In this document: positions 38,131-48,400 of the stretch, piece by piece
Layout: every line of letters starts with the position of its first letter
How positions within the stretch are numbered: the first letter of the stretch is position 1
Assembly (NCBI GenBank): GCA_038128845.1
Contig: JAYPKL010000002.1
Span: forward strand, 5,604 to 69,603
DNA: 64,000 nt
Source: Candidatus Woesearchaeota archaeon
Lineage (GTDB): Archaea; Nanobdellota; Nanobdellia; UBA10117; ARS21
Reading direction: 5' to 3'
The notes under the pieces: generated by a model
Told to the model about the DNA's origin: nothing
The model's database searches: none
Seen by the model: only the letters and a program-made list of their open reading frames with translations
Made by a program: the position numbers and the translations under genes

Positions 38131-38206
38131 TTCCTAGAATTATTTTTGCAGATTCTCTCGACATGCCTTTGTCCATTAATTCTTTAATCTTTGATTCGTT
38201 ATCCAT
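38111..38206 (-). CDS. 31-aa micro-ORF (not in ORF track)
   Basis: MDNESKIKELMDKGMSRESAKIILGIVDDDK; begins right after the upstream stop at 38208. Confidence 0.5.
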   Translation of the reverse strand: MDNESKIKELMDKGMSRESAKIILGIVDDDK

Positions 38207-38207
38207 A

Positions 38208-38444
38208 TTATATACTAAATGCTTTCTTAATTTCAGAAATTAAATACTCCAAGTTTTTATTATTTATTGTTCCTTTTTTAATATCATTAATTGATTCAGA
38301 AATTATTGAACTATAATTATCTAAACAAAATAATTCTTCATCATTAACAAAATATTTAATTTCAAAGATATCGGATTTTTGATCATAATTTATTTCTGAT
38401 TTAAGAATTACCGATTCATTAATATTATATGACTCCATTATCAT
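38208..38444 (-). CDS. Hypothetical protein
   Basis: 78-aa ORF. Confidence 0.5.
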   Translation of the reverse strand: MIMESYNINESVILKSEINYDQKSDIFEIKYFVNDEELFCLDNYSSIISESINDIKKGTINNKNLEYLISEIKKAFSI

Positions 38445-38478
38445 AAAATTATTTTTTATATTTTATTTATAAAATTAT

Positions 38479-39690
38479 CTAAGTTAAAGAAATTTGTCTA
38501 TATTCTTTTTTTATAAAATAACTTGTCATTAATGTTACCGCTAACGTTGTTATTGGAACTGCAGGAGCAAATATATCAAATGTATCGTAATTAGAAAAAA
38601 TACCTAAATTTATGGCAGCTAAAATAATAATAAGACTTTCTACATCTAAACTAAGCATTGAGGATGCTATAGTTCCAGGTGCTTTTAATGAAAAATTCTT
38701 TGATAGTATGTATGTAACTACAAATTTAGTAAATATACTAGCAAAAATAAATAAAATTGCAATAGAAAGATATTCATAAATTAAAATTAGATTAAGATTA
38801 AGTCCAAACCAAACAAAAAATAATGGAATAAAAAAACCATTTGATATAGCTTCAATTTTATTTGTGTATAATTTTTTCTTAGCAAAATTTGATTTAGATA
38901 TAACTATTCCTGCTATGAATGCACCAATAATAACTGATAAACCAATTAATTCTGAAAGAAATGCTAATAAAAATAGTAAAATAAAAGTTAATGTAATTTG
39001 AGATTCTTCTCTTGTTGAAGATTTAAACTTATTAATCTTATCTGTAATTTTATTTATTGATATAATAAAATAATAGATTAATATTACAAATATTGTAGAA
39101 AAAATTAATTTAAATATTAACTCGGATGAACTTTGATTTAAGAAAACTGATGCTGCAGATAAAATTAATAATCCAATTAATATGTTAGACATTGACATAT
39201 TTATGAAAGATTGAGCAAATCTTTTTGAAAGTAATTTTTTGGATGATAATAATTTCAAAGGAACAAATATATCTACTACAGAATATGCTAATGCTAGAAA
39301 TAAAGATTGTTGAAAGTTAAAAAATAAATTAAATACATATAACATAACTGCAAATGTTGATAATAAAACTATAACTCCAATTGCTAAGCTTTTGCTATCT
39401 TTAAGATCAAATTTATCTGTTTTTTTATTGATGCCTGCTGTAAATAAAATTAAAATACTACCTATTATTGCAAAGGGTTCTATTAATTCGGGATTTACAA
39501 AATTTAATAAAGATCCTCCAAGTATTATTCCCGCGGTAATCTGACCAATAAGTTCATTTATTCCTATTCTTTCAAATAATTCTCCTAAAAAAATGTATAA
39601 AATAAATATTGAAAAAAATGCCAATAATAAATTGTCAGTCTGACCTAAATTAAGTCCATATTTTGTTAGCAAAGATATATTTTCGTTCAT
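38479..39690 (-). CDS. Cation:proton antiporter (CPA2/Kef-type membrane domain)
   Basis: GQITAGIILG, LF.AG, IIGAFIAG and FFIPLFFVWFG. Confidence 0.85.
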   Translation of the reverse strand: MNENISLLTKYGLNLGQTDNLLLAFFSIFILYIFLGELFERIGINELIGQITAGIILGGSLLNFVNPELIEPFAIIGSILILFTAGINKKTDKFDLKDSKSLAIGVIVLLSTFAVMLYVFNLFFNFQQSLFLALAYSVVDIFVPLKLLSSKKLLSKRFAQSFINMSMSNILIGLLILSAASVFLNQSSSELIFKLIFSTIFVILIYYFIISINKITDKINKFKSSTREESQITLTFILLFLLAFLSELIGLSVIIGAFIAGIVISKSNFAKKKLYTNKIEAISNGFFIPLFFVWFGLNLNLILIYEYLSIAILFIFASIFTKFVVTYILSKNFSLKAPGTIASSMLSLDVESLIIILAAINLGIFSNYDTFDIFAPAVPITTLAVTLMTSYFIKKEYRQISLT

Positions 39691-39724
39691 ATAATCTATG
39701 TTCTATATACTATATAACGTTTAA

Positions 39725-41149
39725 TTAAATTTCTTTAATAATATCATACATTGCCAAAGTATCCATTCCACAATACTCTAAAAGTGCATTTCTTGAAACT
39801 GTGTCTTTATTTAGATAATATTTATTATAATATTGAGTGAATGCTTCTGAACCGTCTTGTACATCCAAATGAGAATAATTTTTACCAGTTACTGCGGGTA
39901 AAACATATTTAATTGAAGCACTACCTTTTTGTTCCGGATGATAATAATTAAAATTTTTAAAAATAATATATAAATCAACAATTCTGTCGTGTATATTTTT
40001 TAATTCTTCTTCATATTTTGGAAACTTTAAAGCAAGATTTTTTATTACACTTTTCTCGAAAGCCATGTTATATGTAACGATACTTCCTTCATTCGGAATA
40101 TCTTTAATCATATTTTTTATCAAATTTTCTCTTGGATCCATATTTGATTCTTCTAAAAACTCTTTATGAATTAATTTTTTACCATCATCAATATGAACAG
40201 AATATTGAAATGGAAATTTTTCCCAGGGACTTAGATTATCATGTAGTGGAACTGGTGTTGCCAATGTTTCAAAATCAAAGTATGAAATTGGATATTTTAA
40301 TGAGCTTTTAAATTTATTAATTTCCTCTTCATTCTTATGGATATTTTTATTTTTTAAAGTATTTTTTTGAATTACATGTTTATGGGATTTTAAGAATTCG
40401 TCAGGTAAATCTAGAATAGATAAATATCCTTCTTCCATCAAAGGTTGTGCTTGAGTAAACCAAATTCCGTGTAATTGTAATATATTATGCTCCGGTAAAT
40501 GAGACCAACATATTTCTCTAACGTCGCAATTTTTTGGATTATTACAAAACTTATGCTTATCTTTTGGTAACTCTTTTGATACAAAATTTATAATTCTTTC
40601 AATATTTGAATCAATTTTACTACTCATTTTTGAAACATTATCTGTGATGTCTTCTTCTTTAAATAAATCTTTTAGTTTAATATTACCTGATCTAGTATAT
40701 TCTTTGTTTGCGTGTAATAAATAACAATTATTTATTTTTAAACCGCAAAGTTCCAAAACATATTTTTGAAATGCAACATCATCATAATGTTCTTTTTTTA
40801 CTTTACTTGATGATTTAACTTCAATAATATCCCATCCGTTTTTTGATGGTCTTAAAATATCTACCTTGCAATATAATTTGCTTGTTTCAAATGTTGCTTC
40901 AAAGATCGGTTTATTATATTCTAATGCCGATTCAGTGTCTTTAGATGCATTTGAATAATTTTTATATGAAGAGTCAATTAAAATACCATCTTCATAAAGT
41001 TTTTGTGCTAATTCTCCGAATTCAACACCGCGTTCTACAGCAAATTTTCCTGAAAGCGAAGGTAATTTAGATTTATCATTAAATTTATGCCAAACAACAT
41101 TTAGACATTTTAATGAACTTATATAATCGGACTTAGATATTTTTTTCAT
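39725..41149 (-). CDS. DUF2779-containing nuclease (PD-(D/E)XK domain plus RNase H-like domain)
   Basis: ISKSDY...C, VDIL...IIEVKSS, DVAFQ, C....C....C; YFDFET, YN..FE, SIKYVLP and YC..DT. Confidence 0.85.
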   Translation of the reverse strand: MKKISKSDYISSLKCLNVVWHKFNDKSKLPSLSGKFAVERGVEFGELAQKLYEDGILIDSSYKNYSNASKDTESALEYNKPIFEATFETSKLYCKVDILRPSKNGWDIIEVKSSSKVKKEHYDDVAFQKYVLELCGLKINNCYLLHANKEYTRSGNIKLKDLFKEEDITDNVSKMSSKIDSNIERIINFVSKELPKDKHKFCNNPKNCDVREICWSHLPEHNILQLHGIWFTQAQPLMEEGYLSILDLPDEFLKSHKHVIQKNTLKNKNIHKNEEEINKFKSSLKYPISYFDFETLATPVPLHDNLSPWEKFPFQYSVHIDDGKKLIHKEFLEESNMDPRENLIKNMIKDIPNEGSIVTYNMAFEKSVIKNLALKFPKYEEELKNIHDRIVDLYIIFKNFNYYHPEQKGSASIKYVLPAVTGKNYSHLDVQDGSEAFTQYYNKYYLNKDTVSRNALLEYCGMDTLAMYDIIKEI

Positions 41150-41192
41150 AAAAATAATTATATTGGTTATATATAAAATAAAGTATTATATT

Positions 41193-41588
41193 TTAAACAA
41201 CTAAATCTTCTTCTTTTGAGGTATTTAATTCTAGTACAAAAGTTTTTTCATCATTTTTCATAAATTCTTCATGATTCTTTTTTAATTTAGCAATTCTATT
41301 TTCTAAATTATCTTGACCCAATTCGCTTTCTAAATAATTTTTTATAGACTTAGTTAAATCTCTTTTTTCTTTTACGGATTTATAGGTATTACCGTCCCAA
41401 TTACGATTTGGTAAAATTACTGATCCTGCAATACATTTTTTAAAATCAATACTAAGATAGGGAACTAAGAAATCTCCTTGATGGAAACTATTATTTTCAA
41501 TAATTGTTACATAAGGTTCATTAGGTAAACCATTATTTTCTTTAACATAATTATTTAATTCTTGTTTTGTATAAATTGGTATTTTCAT
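41193..41588 (-). CDS. Hypothetical protein
   Basis: 131 aa; resembles its neighbour at 41629 in pattern. Confidence 0.55.
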   Translation of the reverse strand: MKIPIYTKQELNNYVKENNGLPNEPYVTIIENNSFHQGDFLVPYLSIDFKKCIAGSVILPNRNWDGNTYKSVKEKRDLTKSIKNYLESELGQDNLENRIAKLKKNHEEFMKNDEKTFVLELNTSKEEDLVV

Positions 41589-41600
41589 TTTAAACAGAAT

Positions 41601-41616
41601 GTGTTTAATTAAACAC
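41601..41616. promoter_or_regulatory. Perfect 16-bp palindrome, putative operator
   Basis: GTGTTTAATTAAACAC lies between a minus-strand TATA (CTTATAAG) and ATG 41588. Confidence 0.5.
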
Positions 41617-41628
41617 TTATAAGTTTTT

Positions 41629-41925
41629 TTAACTTAACAAATCTTCTAAAGTTTTTGAAGAAAATTCTCTTTTTAAAATATCTATAACATTTTCAAATTC
41701 ACTTTTATCAAAATATAAATTATTTCCTTCAGGTTTTAATGGTTTGTTATCATCATGTGTAATTAAATAAGGTATAACTACTCCGGAAAGCATTTCATTT
41801 CCGCTTTTATCATAGGATGTAAATATATGTTCTGATCCGTTTCTTCTTAATAGCACATAAGGTATTTCAACTTCCTTACTTTGTTGTTTTAATTCATATA
41901 AATCTAATTCACTATAAACTTCCAT
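41629..41925 (-). CDS. Hypothetical protein
   Basis: 98-aa ORF. Confidence 0.55.
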   Translation of the reverse strand: MEVYSELDLYELKQQSKEVEIPYVLLRRNGSEHIFTSYDKSGNEMLSGVVIPYLITHDDNKPLKPEGNNLYFDKSEFENVIDILKREFSSKTLEDLLS

Positions 41926-41928
41926 AAT

Positions 41929-41955
41929 AAAAAAAGGGAATTATTTAATTTCCCT
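41929..41955 (-). terminator. Hairpin plus U-tract overlapping the FKBP stop
   Basis: Minus strand AGGGAA...TTCCCT followed by a T-run. Confidence 0.45.
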
Positions 41956-42282
41956 CAATATAATTTTAAAATTTAATACTTTGCCTGCAAGAGGTCCCGC
42001 AGTATAAGCATCATTTCCAGATAATTCAACAGTTTTTTCATCTCCGACTTTCATACCAATTACTGCTTTATCAAAACCAGGTATTACTTGTCCTGCTCCA
42101 ACAGTGAATTCAAAAAGTCCTCTTCCTTCTGAAGTATCAATTTGTTTACCGTCTACAGTTAACCAATAATCAACCGCAACTGTATTTCCAGATTCTACTT
42201 GTGCCATAATTTTATTTAATCCAAAAAGAATTATAAATGATACTATTAGGTAAAATATTAATTTATTTTTTTTAATTTTCAT
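41941..42282 (-). CDS. FKBP-type peptidyl-prolyl isomerase
   Basis: V.VDY...DG..IDTS, F.VGAGQVIPGFD.AVIGM and LAGK.L.F.I; real start may be MAQVESG. Confidence 0.93.
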   Translation of the reverse strand: MKIKKNKLIFYLIVSFIILFGLNKIMAQVESGNTVAVDYWLTVDGKQIDTSEGRGLFEFTVGAGQVIPGFDKAVIGMKVGDEKTVELSGNDAYTAGPLAGKVLNFKIILREIK

Positions 42283-43030
42283 AACTTAATTTATCTCTCT
42301 TACTTATTAATTTTGATTTTATATTATTAAAACTATAGGGTCTTTTTATTAAATCGTTCATTCCTTGTAAAATTTTTTCTTCTTCTGCTATTAAAATTAA
42401 GTCGCATTCATTTCTTGATTGTTCATCTTCATCTAAAATAAATTCTAAATTTCCATAAGAATTTGGTATATTTATACTACCGTTAATATTAACTCTTGGA
42501 AATATCATTGATCCAGGAATTGCTTTACCCAACATTTGTGCAAAATATTCTTCTGGAATTATACCATTTGTTTCTTCATTTAACTTTGAATTTAATGAAA
42601 CTCTTCTTTTTCCTTTACTTTTTAATTTTCTAGAATACCAAGATCTATTTTGAACTGGAGCAATAATTTCGGGAGTTAAAACTGAATAAATTTCAGAATG
42701 TTTTTTTTCTTTTCTAATATTATTTAGTATATCCATCAAAGATGCAGCTTCAAATTTATTTGTTCCGTAAATATAATCAAGTTTATCTATCTCAGGTAAA
42801 TTTAAATCAGAAACATGATGATTTTTTTCAAATCCAACTAAACCGGAATATAAAATTGGATCTTCTATATCTCTAGATAATAAATAATTATCAAGAGTAT
42901 TTGTTCTTTCGTGTGTTTTTTTAATAGAAGAATCTCTGACTGATCCTGTTTTAACTTCAAATGCTAAAAAAGCTAATTGATTTTTTAAGGCTTCATCAAA
43001 TGTTGCTGCTAGTTGTTTAGAAAATGCCAT
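42272..43030 (-). CDS. Hypothetical protein
   Basis: 252-aa ORF; no confident family. Confidence 0.6.
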   Translation of the reverse strand: MAFSKQLAATFDEALKNQLAFLAFEVKTGSVRDSSIKKTHERTNTLDNYLLSRDIEDPILYSGLVGFEKNHHVSDLNLPEIDKLDYIYGTNKFEAASLMDILNNIRKEKKHSEIYSVLTPEIIAPVQNRSWYSRKLKSKGKRRVSLNSKLNEETNGIIPEEYFAQMLGKAIPGSMIFPRVNINGSINIPNSYGNLEFILDEDEQSRNECDLILIAEEEKILQGMNDLIKRPYSFNNIKSKLISKRDKLSYEN

Positions 43031-43081
43031 ATAAAAATTTGTATGATTTTTTTATAAATTAATGTTGTATGTAAAAAACAA

Positions 43082-43585
43082 TTATAATCCTCTAGATTTT
43101 TTTCCTGCAGAAGTTAAACCTCTAAATACTCTGCTTCTTTTGTTTGTAATCCACGATAAAGTTTTGTCTGCTTTTATGGAAGGATGATCTCTATCCACCA
43201 TGATAACTTCGTACCATACTCTTTTTCCATCTTCTCCAACCCAGTAAGAATTTAAAACTTCCAGATTAGGATATTTTCTTGCAGCTCTTTTTTCAATTAG
43301 GTTTTGTTTTGATTGTGCTCTTGTACCTCTTCTTGAATATCTCTTTGGTCTTCTTCCACCAGTAAATTTTGGATCTTTGGTTGTACCTTTTCTCATACTT
43401 CCTCTTACAACTATAACTCCTTGTTTAGCTTTGTAACCTAATGCTCTTGCTCGGTCTAATCTTGTTGGTTTTTCAATTCTTTCAAAAGCAGGTCTAGATC
43501 TTAATTCTACTAACCAGTTTTTCCAAGCTTCTTTACCAAAATGTTCTTTTGGTTTTTTCCAAAGATTTCTAATGTAATTGTACAT
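43082..43585 (-). CDS. rpl15e: 50S ribosomal protein L15e
   Basis: PTRLDRARALGYKAKQG, LEVLNSYWV and FRGLTSAG; start at MYNYI (43585), so the track ORF is over-extended. Confidence 0.96.
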   Translation of the reverse strand: MYNYIRNLWKKPKEHFGKEAWKNWLVELRSRPAFERIEKPTRLDRARALGYKAKQGVIVVRGSMRKGTTKDPKFTGGRRPKRYSRRGTRAQSKQNLIEKRAARKYPNLEVLNSYWVGEDGKRVWYEVIMVDRDHPSIKADKTLSWITNKRSRVFRGLTSAGKKSRGL

Positions 43586-43655
43586 AAAGTATTCTTTGGA
43601 ACAGCTTTTATAAAGGTTTTCAAAAACAATATAAGGATTTAGCTTTAAATAATAT

Positions 43656-44279
43656 ATGAATTTCATAAGTCTTTCTGAAATTATTGATGTATTAATATTA
43701 ACTGCAGCCCTAGGATATATTTTTTCAGATATGATTAAGAAACCCAAGGAATTTAGTTTTTTTGGAAATGATTTTAATGATTTTAAATATGCTGCTTTAA
43801 TTGTAACTCCGGCAGTACTTTTACATGAACTTGCTCATAAAGGAGTTGGAATCTATTTCGGATATGAATCAATATTACAAATTAGTCTTTTTGGTCTGGG
43901 ATTGGGAGTTTTGTTAAAATATGTAAATTCTCCTATTATTTTCTTTGTACCTGCTTATGTAATTAGTAGTGGTGCATTTGCAAATCCTGAAAATTTTGCT
44001 CTTCTTGCTTTAGCCGGTCCCGCTGCAAACTTTGCATTATATTGGATATCTGATTTTCTATTAATATCAAGAAAATATCCAAAATATAATCATGCATTCA
44101 TTGTTTCTAAAAAAATAAACTTGATCTTAATGGCATTTAATATGATACCATTTGGATTTTTTGATGGGGCAAAAGTACTCTCCGGAAATCCCGTTTTATA
44201 TTGGAGTTCTTTGATTATTGGCGGAATTCTGGTTTATAAAAATGAACAAAAATGGAAAAATTATGCAATGAAATTCTAA
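43656..44279 (+). CDS. Site-2 (M50) intramembrane metalloprotease
   Basis: HELAH, LAGP and FNMIP...DG. Confidence 0.9.
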   Translation: MNFISLSEIIDVLILTAALGYIFSDMIKKPKEFSFFGNDFNDFKYAALIVTPAVLLHELAHKGVGIYFGYESILQISLFGLGLGVLLKYVNSPIIFFVPAYVISSGAFANPENFALLALAGPAANFALYWISDFLLISRKYPKYNHAFIVSKKINLILMAFNMIPFGFFDGAKVLSGNPVLYWSSLIIGGILVYKNEQKWKNYAMKF

Positions 44280-44316
44280 TTAGTTATATTTTAAAATTTT
44301 TATAATTAGAAATAGT

Positions 44317-45294
44317 ATGAAAACTTTGGATAATATATTAATAAAAAATCCTGAACCCAATTTGGAATTTAGCTCAAGTGGATTAAAAACTTTAACAAAA
44401 GCACAACAACAAAAAAGTTTACTAAGAAATATTCATACTACTGTTGATAACGGATTAAAAAATATTACTGGATTTTCAAAAGATAATATTCCATTAAATT
44501 TTGAAAAACTTGATTTTGAATATGGAGATATATCTGGAAGAGTTGAATCTAAACCAACCAGCAGTGTTTCATATAAACCCGTTATGGAAGAATTATGTAG
44601 CTATTTAAAACATAGAAAGGAAAATTTTAAGTTAATTAAAGTCAAAGATTTAATTGGTAAATATTATTCTCTTGTAGATAATAATAAAAGAGAAACTATT
44701 GAACAAAAAATTTATTTTGATGATGAATATAGTATTATGGATGAAATCGGATTTAGTGATGATTTACTTCCTCGAGAAGCACTATTTTCAGTTAATATGA
44801 ATAATTATCAAAATTTGAATAAAGGATCTTTACTAGATAGATTTAAAGCAAAAAAAATGGAAGAATATCTTGATAAAGAAATAATTAAGCCTTTTAACAA
44901 TTTAATTGAAAATCGAACTCTTGAATATTTGGGATTTGATAAAGATAATTTGGAAGAAACTATTGGATCAACTCTTTCAGATGGAGAAATTGCCATAGAT
45001 ACTAAAATCATATCTCGAGAAACAGTAGGATATAATGCAATACTGAAAACGCTATTTAATGAACAAAAAAGTAGAAAAACAAATAGATCGGGTGAATTAT
45101 ATTCATTAATTGATGATAGAGTAGAAAATACTGAAGACTTAGATAAATTATTTGAAAGACAAAATAGAAATGGAATGCCTTATGTTTCTATAGAAAGCGT
45201 GTTATCAAGACTAGATGATATAATATATGATAATACTAAAAGATCAAAAAGACTTGAATGGAAATTTAATCCGATTCATGATTTCTCAGAATAA
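44317..45294 (+). CDS. Hypothetical protein
   Basis: 325 aa; possible internal duplication (SVSYKPV versus TVGYNAI segments). Confidence 0.65.
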   Translation: MKTLDNILIKNPEPNLEFSSSGLKTLTKAQQQKSLLRNIHTTVDNGLKNITGFSKDNIPLNFEKLDFEYGDISGRVESKPTSSVSYKPVMEELCSYLKHRKENFKLIKVKDLIGKYYSLVDNNKRETIEQKIYFDDEYSIMDEIGFSDDLLPREALFSVNMNNYQNLNKGSLLDRFKAKKMEEYLDKEIIKPFNNLIENRTLEYLGFDKDNLEETIGSTLSDGEIAIDTKIISRETVGYNAILKTLFNEQKSRKTNRSGELYSLIDDRVENTEDLDKLFERQNRNGMPYVSIESVLSRLDDIIYDNTKRSKRLEWKFNPIHDFSE

Positions 45295-45438
45295 TCGGTT
45301 AAAAACAAGTTACTGAATAATATTAATAATTCACGACTTATTAAGACTAAAATTTATTATTTTAATTAAGTAAAAACAATATTATTTTGTTAAAACTATA
45401 AACCAATATAAAAGAATCTTAGTTCAAATATATTACTT

Positions 45439-48400
45439 ATGGAAGAATATACTGAACAGAGAGAGATTACTAACGGACTGGTTATTGACAGAAAATTTAC
45501 AAAAGAAGATGTATCTGCATATGATATGTTTAATTATGATTTGAGAAGTTCAGTTATACGTAATCCTGATGGATCGGTAGTTTTTGAAATGAATAATGTT
45601 GAGGTTCCATCTTTTTACTCGCAAATTGCGACAGATATTCTTGCACAAAAATATTTTAGAAAAAGGGGAGTTCCTACAACTGATGAAAATGGAAATCCCG
45701 TATTAGGATCAGAAAATAGTATAAAACAAGTTGTAAATAGAATGGTCGGATGCTGGACAAATTGGGGTAAGGAATACAATTATTTTAATTCTACAAAAGA
45801 TGCAAAAGCGTTCTACGAAGAAATGTCATATATGATGTTGAATCAAATGGCAGTTCCTAATTCTCCGCAATGGTTTAATACAGGATTATATTGGGCATAT
45901 AACATAGAAGGTAAACCTCAAGGACATTCTTTTGTTAATCCTAAGACAAGTGAATTAGAATATTCAAGAAATGCATATGAAAGACCTCAACCTCATGCGT
46001 GTTTTATATTATCCGTTAAAGATGACTTAGTAAATAAAGGCGGAATTTTTGATTTAGTAACAAGAGAAGCTAGAATTTTCAAATATGGTTCAGGAGTTGG
46101 AACAAACTTCTCTACAATTAGAGGAAAAGGTGAACAACTTTCTGGAGGCGGTACCTCGTCTGGTTTAATGTCTTTCTTAAAAATAAATGATGCTGCAGCG
46201 GGTGCAGTTAAATCCGGTGGTACTACTAGAAGAGCAGCTAAAATGGTTTGTTTAGACATTGATCACCCTGAAATTGAAGAATTCATAAAATGGAAAAGTG
46301 AAGAAGAAAATAAAGTAGCAAGCTTAGTATCTGGTAATGAATCTTGTAAATTACATGTAAATAATATTCTAAAATGTGCGGTTTCTGGTGGAGTAGATTT
46401 ACAAAATAATATTGAATTAAGAGATAGTATCCGTGATGCAAATAATGCTAATGTTCCTGTTCAAATGATTGTAAGGGCTATTGAATTGGCAAAACAAGGA
46501 ATAGCTAAATTTGATTTTAAAAAATTAGATACTTATTATGAAGGTGAAGCTTATGGAACTGTTTCTGGTCAAAACAGTAATAACTCTGTAAGAGTAAGTA
46601 ATGAATTCTTTAAATCTTTAACAAATAATGAAAACTTTAACTTAACTAATCGGACTAATGGAGAAGTTTTCAAAACGGTATCTGCAGACAAATTATGGAA
46701 TGATATAGCAATGAGTGCGTGGATTAGTGCAGATCCAGGTCTACAATACGATACAACAATTAATGAATGGCACACTTGTCCATCTAGTGGTAGAATTAAT
46801 GCAAGTAATCCTTGTTCAGAATATATGTTTTTAGATGATACTGCCTGTAATTTGGCAAGTATAAATCTAGTTAAATTTTACGATGAATCAACAGGTACAT
46901 TTGATATAGAAAGATATAAGCATGCAGTAAAATTATGGACAATAACCTTAGAAATTTCTGTATTGATGGCACAATTTCCTAGTGAATCTGTTGCACAAAG
47001 AAGTTATGATTTTAGAACATTGGGTCTAGGTTACGCGAATTTAGGTTCTCTTTTAATGAAAATGGCTTTACCCTATGATTCAGAAAAAGGTAGAGCTATT
47101 GCAGGTGCATTAACATCAATTATGTGCGGAGAGTCTTATGCAACATCTGCAAAAATGGCTCAAGTTCATGGAGCCTTTGCAAGATATGAAGAAAATAAAG
47201 ATCATATGCTAAGAGTTATTAGAAATCATAGACGTGCAGCATATAATGCAACAAAAGAATCTTATGAAGGATTAACAGTTTTACCAATGGGATTAGATCA
47301 AGATCTTGTTCCAAAAGATATGCTATCTGCAGCACATCAATCTTGGGATAATGCATTGGAATTAGGACAAAAATTTGGATATAGAAATGCTCAAACTACG
47401 GTTATTGCTCCAACAGGTACAATTGCATTAATTATGGATTGTGATACAACGGGTATAGAGCCGGATTTTGCTACAGTTAAATTCAAAAAATTAGCAGGAG
47501 GCGGTTATTTTAAGATTGTAAATAATTCAATAAAACCTGCATTGATTAAATTGGGTTACTCTGAAGAAGAAATAAGATCAATAGAAAAATATTGTGTAGG
47601 TCATGGATCTATTAGAGACGCACCTTATATTAATTTTGAATCATTGAGGTCCAAGGGTTTTGGAGATGAACAATTAAATGCTCTAGAATCAAATGCAAAA
47701 GGCGCATTTGAAATTAAATTTATCTTTAATAAATTTGTACTTGGTGAAGATTTCTGTAAATCTTTAGGTTTTTCTGATGAAAAAATGAATGATCCGAGTT
47801 TTAATATGCTAAAAGAATTGGGTTATTCCAGCTCAGAAATAGCTGCAGCAGATGAATACTTGTGTGGAACAATGACACTTGAAGGTGCACCTCATCTTAA
47901 AGGAGAACATTACAAGATATTTGATTGTGCAAATAAGTGTGGTAAAAAAGGTACAAGATATATACATCACGATGGACATATTAAAATGATGGCAGCAGCA
48001 CAACCTTTTATTTCTGGAGCAATCAGTAAAACAATTAACATGCCAAAAGAAACAACCATAGAAGAAATTAAATCAGCATATTTTGATAGTTGGAAATATA
48101 TGGTTAAGGCAGTAGCTCTATACCGAGATGAAAGTAAACTAAGTCAACCTTTGTCAACTTCGTCAGGAATTAGTGGAGAATTAGACACAATATTTAATGA
48201 AGATAAAAAAACAGTTACTCTAACAAATGAACCAATTGTTCAAGAATTGGTTGAAAATATTGCTCATCACAAAGTAGGTCCTCAGGATCTTTATATACAT
48301 AGTTATAATAATCCTTCAGGTAATTTAGCAAAAATTAAACTTGTTATGCCTAAAACAACCCCAAGTAATCAAGAATTATTAGACTTTGTTGGAACAACAA

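Noticed and set aside
43586..43747. N-terminal extension of L15e in the ORF track
   Set aside because: It overlaps the divergent protease gene and the promoter region; homology starts at MYNYI (43585)
37473..45294. Provirus or mobile element in the orphan-rich region
   Set aside because: No integrase, capsid, terminase or transposase motifs; housekeeping genes (FKBP, L15e) are interspersed
45295..45438. NrdR boxes or a cobalamin riboswitch upstream of nrdJ
   Set aside because: Only weak AT-rich resemblances (ACAATATTATTTTGT, ACCAATATAAAAG); too AT-rich to form a riboswitch fold
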